From a virus, in the IMG/VR virus record IMGVR_UViG_3300025121_000027, positions 32,001 to 96,000 of that record: a DNA stretch of 64,000 bases. One strand, given 5' to 3'. Each line of letters starts with the position of its first letter. Positions within the stretch are counted from its first letter, which is position 1. The notes beneath the pieces were generated by a model, which was given only the letters and a program-made list of their open reading frames with translations, was not told the origin of the DNA and ran no database searches. Positions 61,477-64,000 of this stretch are shown piece by piece. The position numbers and the translations under genes were made by a program.

Positions 61477-61539
61477 TTTTCAAAGACCATCTTAAACTTG
61501 ATTCTGACTTATTATAATAGAGACTTTTAGAAAAATAAA
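61477..61539 (-). promoter_or_regulatory. promoter copy 4 (61511-61539) followed by boxA-like GGTCTTTGAAAA (61477-61488)
   Basis: motif match; directly upstream of the expanded tRNA-like RNA. Confidence 0.65.
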
Positions 61540-61551
61540 GCCAAGCTAAAA

Positions 61552-62370
61552 TTAATTTCCAGTATAGCTTTTCGGCATAGGTATCTTATCCGAATTTGCC
61601 AACTTAGAACTTGCTTCCTGTATTTGCTTATCACAATCAACAATTTTCTTCATTATATCTTTGGCCTTTTCCGGTACAGAATCAAAAGCAAGCCTTACCA
61701 AATCCATCCATCGTTTATTATTTTTCCCTCTAATTTCTTCTATCTTATTGATTAATTCTTGATCGCTTTGTTTTTCAGAAGATATGCCAAAAACTTTTTC
61801 AAAAGGATCTATATTTTTCTGTTCTTTCAACAATCCATATTCATAAACATCTACAAATTCACCATTAAGAAACATTGCTTCCTTAAAGATACCCTCTTTT
61901 TTAAACCCGAGTTTTTCAAATACTTTTTGCATACCGATATTTGTTGCTGCTGTGCCACTCCAGATTCGATTCAATCCAAGTTTTTTAAATCCATGCTCGC
62001 ATATCTCTTTAACCGCAAAAGTCGCAACTCCTTTACCATAATAATCTGGTTCACCAATTACAATGGCAATTTCAGCAGACCTATTAATTAGATCAATTCT
62101 TTGAAGTGAAACATTACCGATATGCTTAGGTCCTTTAACTAAGATACTCCAAATTATTCTTGATTCGTCATATTGCAATGTTTCTTTTATGTCTGTATCT
62201 GGAGAGTACGGGAAAAGTCCATGACTGTTTTTTGAAACTACTTCTGGACGATTAAACCAAAACTTATAATCAGAATTAATATTTTTGTTGTCGTATACTT
62301 CACAGAATGGAGCAAGATGAATAGTTCCTGCTTTTTCACTATAGGTTGTTGCTAAGACATTATAATTCAT
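61552..62370 (-). CDS. GNAT (RimL/PseH-type) N-acetyltransferase with C-terminal helical extension
   Basis: HIGNVSL..SAEIAIVIGE..GKGVAT, LNRIW, FEKLGFKKEG. Confidence 0.85.
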   Translation of the reverse strand: MNYNVLATTYSEKAGTIHLAPFCEVYDNKNINSDYKFWFNRPEVVSKNSHGLFPYSPDTDIKETLQYDESRIIWSILVKGPKHIGNVSLQRIDLINRSAEIAIVIGEPDYYGKGVATFAVKEICEHGFKKLGLNRIWSGTAATNIGMQKVFEKLGFKKEGIFKEAMFLNGEFVDVYEYGLLKEQKNIDPFEKVFGISSEKQSDQELINKIEEIRGKNNKRWMDLVRLAFDSVPEKAKDIMKKIVDCDKQIQEASSKLANSDKIPMPKSYTGN

Positions 62371-62738
62371 TAACCATTCTCCTTTAACATCTCTTCTATT
62401 TTATTCCAATATAAATGTTCAACTGGTATTCCAAATTCATCCGCATTTACTTTTTCAATATGAATACCAAATGATTCTGTCCAGCCAGGAGCGCAAACAA
62501 TAATCATCTTATCCGCCCACTCTACAAGGATTGGCAAATCTTGAGCAAGCCAAAAGTTATGATCTAAATGACTGACTCCTTTTAATACTTTTGAAATCGG
62601 GTGGCTGTGAGATAAAGGAGAAAATACTACATGACCCGCTTTCATTAAAATGCCAGCAATCTTATCTGCTATATCAACGCGATATTCACAAACAGAATAA
62701 TCCTTATGAGAATAAGGGCAAGCCAAATAGATTTTCAT
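62370..62738 (-). CDS. DUF1937 / nucleoside 2-deoxyribosyltransferase-like protein
   Basis: IYLACPYSH, VFSPLSHSH, WTESFGIHIE. Confidence 0.75.
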   Translation of the reverse strand: MKIYLACPYSHKDYSVCEYRVDIADKIAGILMKAGHVVFSPLSHSHPISKVLKGVSHLDHNFWLAQDLPILVEWADKMIIVCAPGWTESFGIHIEKVNADEFGIPVEHLYWNKIEEMLKENG

Positions 62739-62740
62739 TT

Positions 62741-63001
62741 TTAAATCCTTTTCAGTTTAATTGCTTCATGTTTGTTTAGTTTGTCAATAAATACATCTAC
62801 CATATCTGGATGGCATACAACCAAATTAGCGCTTACAAAATAATAAAATTCAGAAGATGGAACTTGTTTAGTATATTTCTTTCTATACTTCTTAATCCAT
62901 CTTGCATTACTTTTCTTTTTAGGATGTTTAGTTTGAATAACTTCTAAAAGATTATTGTTTGTTTTTATTCTTATATTTGTTGGAAGAGGGTTAATCACCA
63001 T
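62741..63001 (-). CDS. hypothetical protein
   Basis: ORF track; overlaps the upstream stop. Confidence 0.5.
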   Translation of the reverse strand: MVINPLPTNIRIKTNNNLLEVIQTKHPKKKSNARWIKKYRKKYTKQVPSSEFYYFVSANLVVCHPDMVDVFIDKLNKHEAIKLKRI

Positions 63002-63962
63002 TTAACAATCCTTTAATTACTTCAATATTGTCTGTATACAAAGGATTTCTATCGTCGCTGTATAGGCAATCCTTTAAAGAAGTTATCCACAAAGAAATTC
63101 CTTGCGGCGCTATAATATACTTATCTTCTTTCTCATTTGTTCTGAATATCTCTTCTTGATTGATTAACATTTCATGCGCTTTTTCCCCAGGTCTTCTTCC
63201 TACAATTTTCCAATTACTTTCATCTGTTCCTGTCGTCGCTTTTATAAATACTTCTAACGAACAAGAAATCATCTTTGGAATATAAGTATACCCAGGCATA
63301 CAGCTATCAAGACAATCTAAAACAAACTTTGCAACTTTAGGAAGCGGAATCCAAAAGCGAGTCATTTCAGGATCAGTAATTGGTATTTTCTTTCCTTTAT
63401 CAAGAAGTTTAATCATGTCTAAAATACTACCTCTTGAACCAATTACATTTCCATATCTAACAACAGCAAAATTAGTTCCCCACCCACCGCTATAAATGCT
63501 ACCTCTTGACCATAATTTTTCAGCGCACATTTTGCTTGCGCCATATAGATTGATACTCTCCACCGCCTTATCGGTGCTAATAAACATTGCGCTTTTTACA
63601 TTGGCAGCAATGCAAGCCATCATAACATTTTCTGTCCCATATACATTTGTCTTGATATATTCTAATGGATTATCTTCTGCTATCGGTACATGTTTCAATG
63701 CAGCAGTATGAATAACATGAGTAACACCTTTCAATGCTTCCGCTAATCTTCGATAGTCTCTAACGTCTCCTATAATAAAAGCAATAGGAGGCATGTCTTT
63801 TCCTTCTAATTGTTTCTTTAAATTATACTGCTTTAATTCGTCCCTACTATAAATCCGTATCCCTTTAATGTTTTTATTTCCTTCAAGTTGATTGAGAATT
63901 GCTTTTCCTAATGAACCAGTACCACCAGTTATTAGATATTCGCGTTTATATTCTATTTTCAT
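62991..63962 (-). CDS. pseB: UDP-GlcNAc 4,6-dehydratase (PseB/FlaA1-like)
   Basis: ITGGTGSLG, YSRDELKQ, GDVRD, HTAALKHVP, STDKA..NLYGASK, RYGNVIGSRGS, MTRFW, RPGEK. Confidence 0.85.
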   Translation of the reverse strand: MKIEYKREYLITGGTGSLGKAILNQLEGNKNIKGIRIYSRDELKQYNLKKQLEGKDMPPIAFIIGDVRDYRRLAEALKGVTHVIHTAALKHVPIAEDNPLEYIKTNVYGTENVMMACIAANVKSAMFISTDKAVESINLYGASKMCAEKLWSRGSIYSGGWGTNFAVVRYGNVIGSRGSILDMIKLLDKGKKIPITDPEMTRFWIPLPKVAKFVLDCLDSCMPGYTYIPKMISCSLEVFIKATTGTDESNWKIVGRRPGEKAHEMLINQEEIFRTNEKEDKYIIAPQGISLWITSLKDCLYSDDRNPLYTDNIEVIKGLLNGD

Positions 63963-64000
63963 TTAGCCTCTTTCGTTCTATCGTCTGCTGAAACAACAGT

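Noticed and set aside
60915-61517. plus-strand ORFs 60915-61118, 61230-61517 and 61238-61495
   Set aside because: Antisense to tRNA-like RNAs; translations are typical of reverse-read tRNA sequence.

Overview
The window is a 64-kb slice of an AT-rich tailed dsDNA bacteriophage genome (myovirus type) in three blocks. (1) 1-10.9 kb, minus strand: early/replication-side genes (SF2 helicase, sigma-70-like factor, MoxR-type AAA+ ATPase with a VWA/HExxH partner, many small ORFs), preceded by a ~500-nt highly base-paired non-coding leader. (2) 11.2-51.3 kb, plus strand: morphogenesis genes. These are TerS; a TerL fractured by a naturally split intein with a free-standing GIY-YIG endonuclease between the halves; a ~11-kb block of repeat and signal-peptide-bearing proteins; an intein-containing HK97-type portal, MuF, prohead protease, major capsid and neck genes; and a Mu-like contractile tail/baseplate. 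(3) 51.4-64 kb, minus strand: a Maf (DUF115) glycosyltransferase-TPR gene, a probable Ro60/TROVE-like VWA protein, a dense RNA-gene cluster, a GNAT acetyltransferase and a PseB-like dehydratase. The best candidate for an undescribed system is 57.9-61.55 kb. Next to the Ro/TROVE-like gene lies a tandem array of four RNAs sharing a conserved Y-RNA-like closing stem, each with a different cargo: a CAU tRNA-like domain, a tiny hairpin, a circularly permuted CUA tRNA-like domain, and a UCC tRNA-like domain. The locus also holds expanded tRNA-like RNAs, two true tRNAs, repeated promoters and boxA-like elements. A second candidate is a phage-encoded pseudaminic-acid-type protein glycosylation set (PseB, GNAT, Maf). 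All calls come from reading motifs by eye; no database search or folding program was run.
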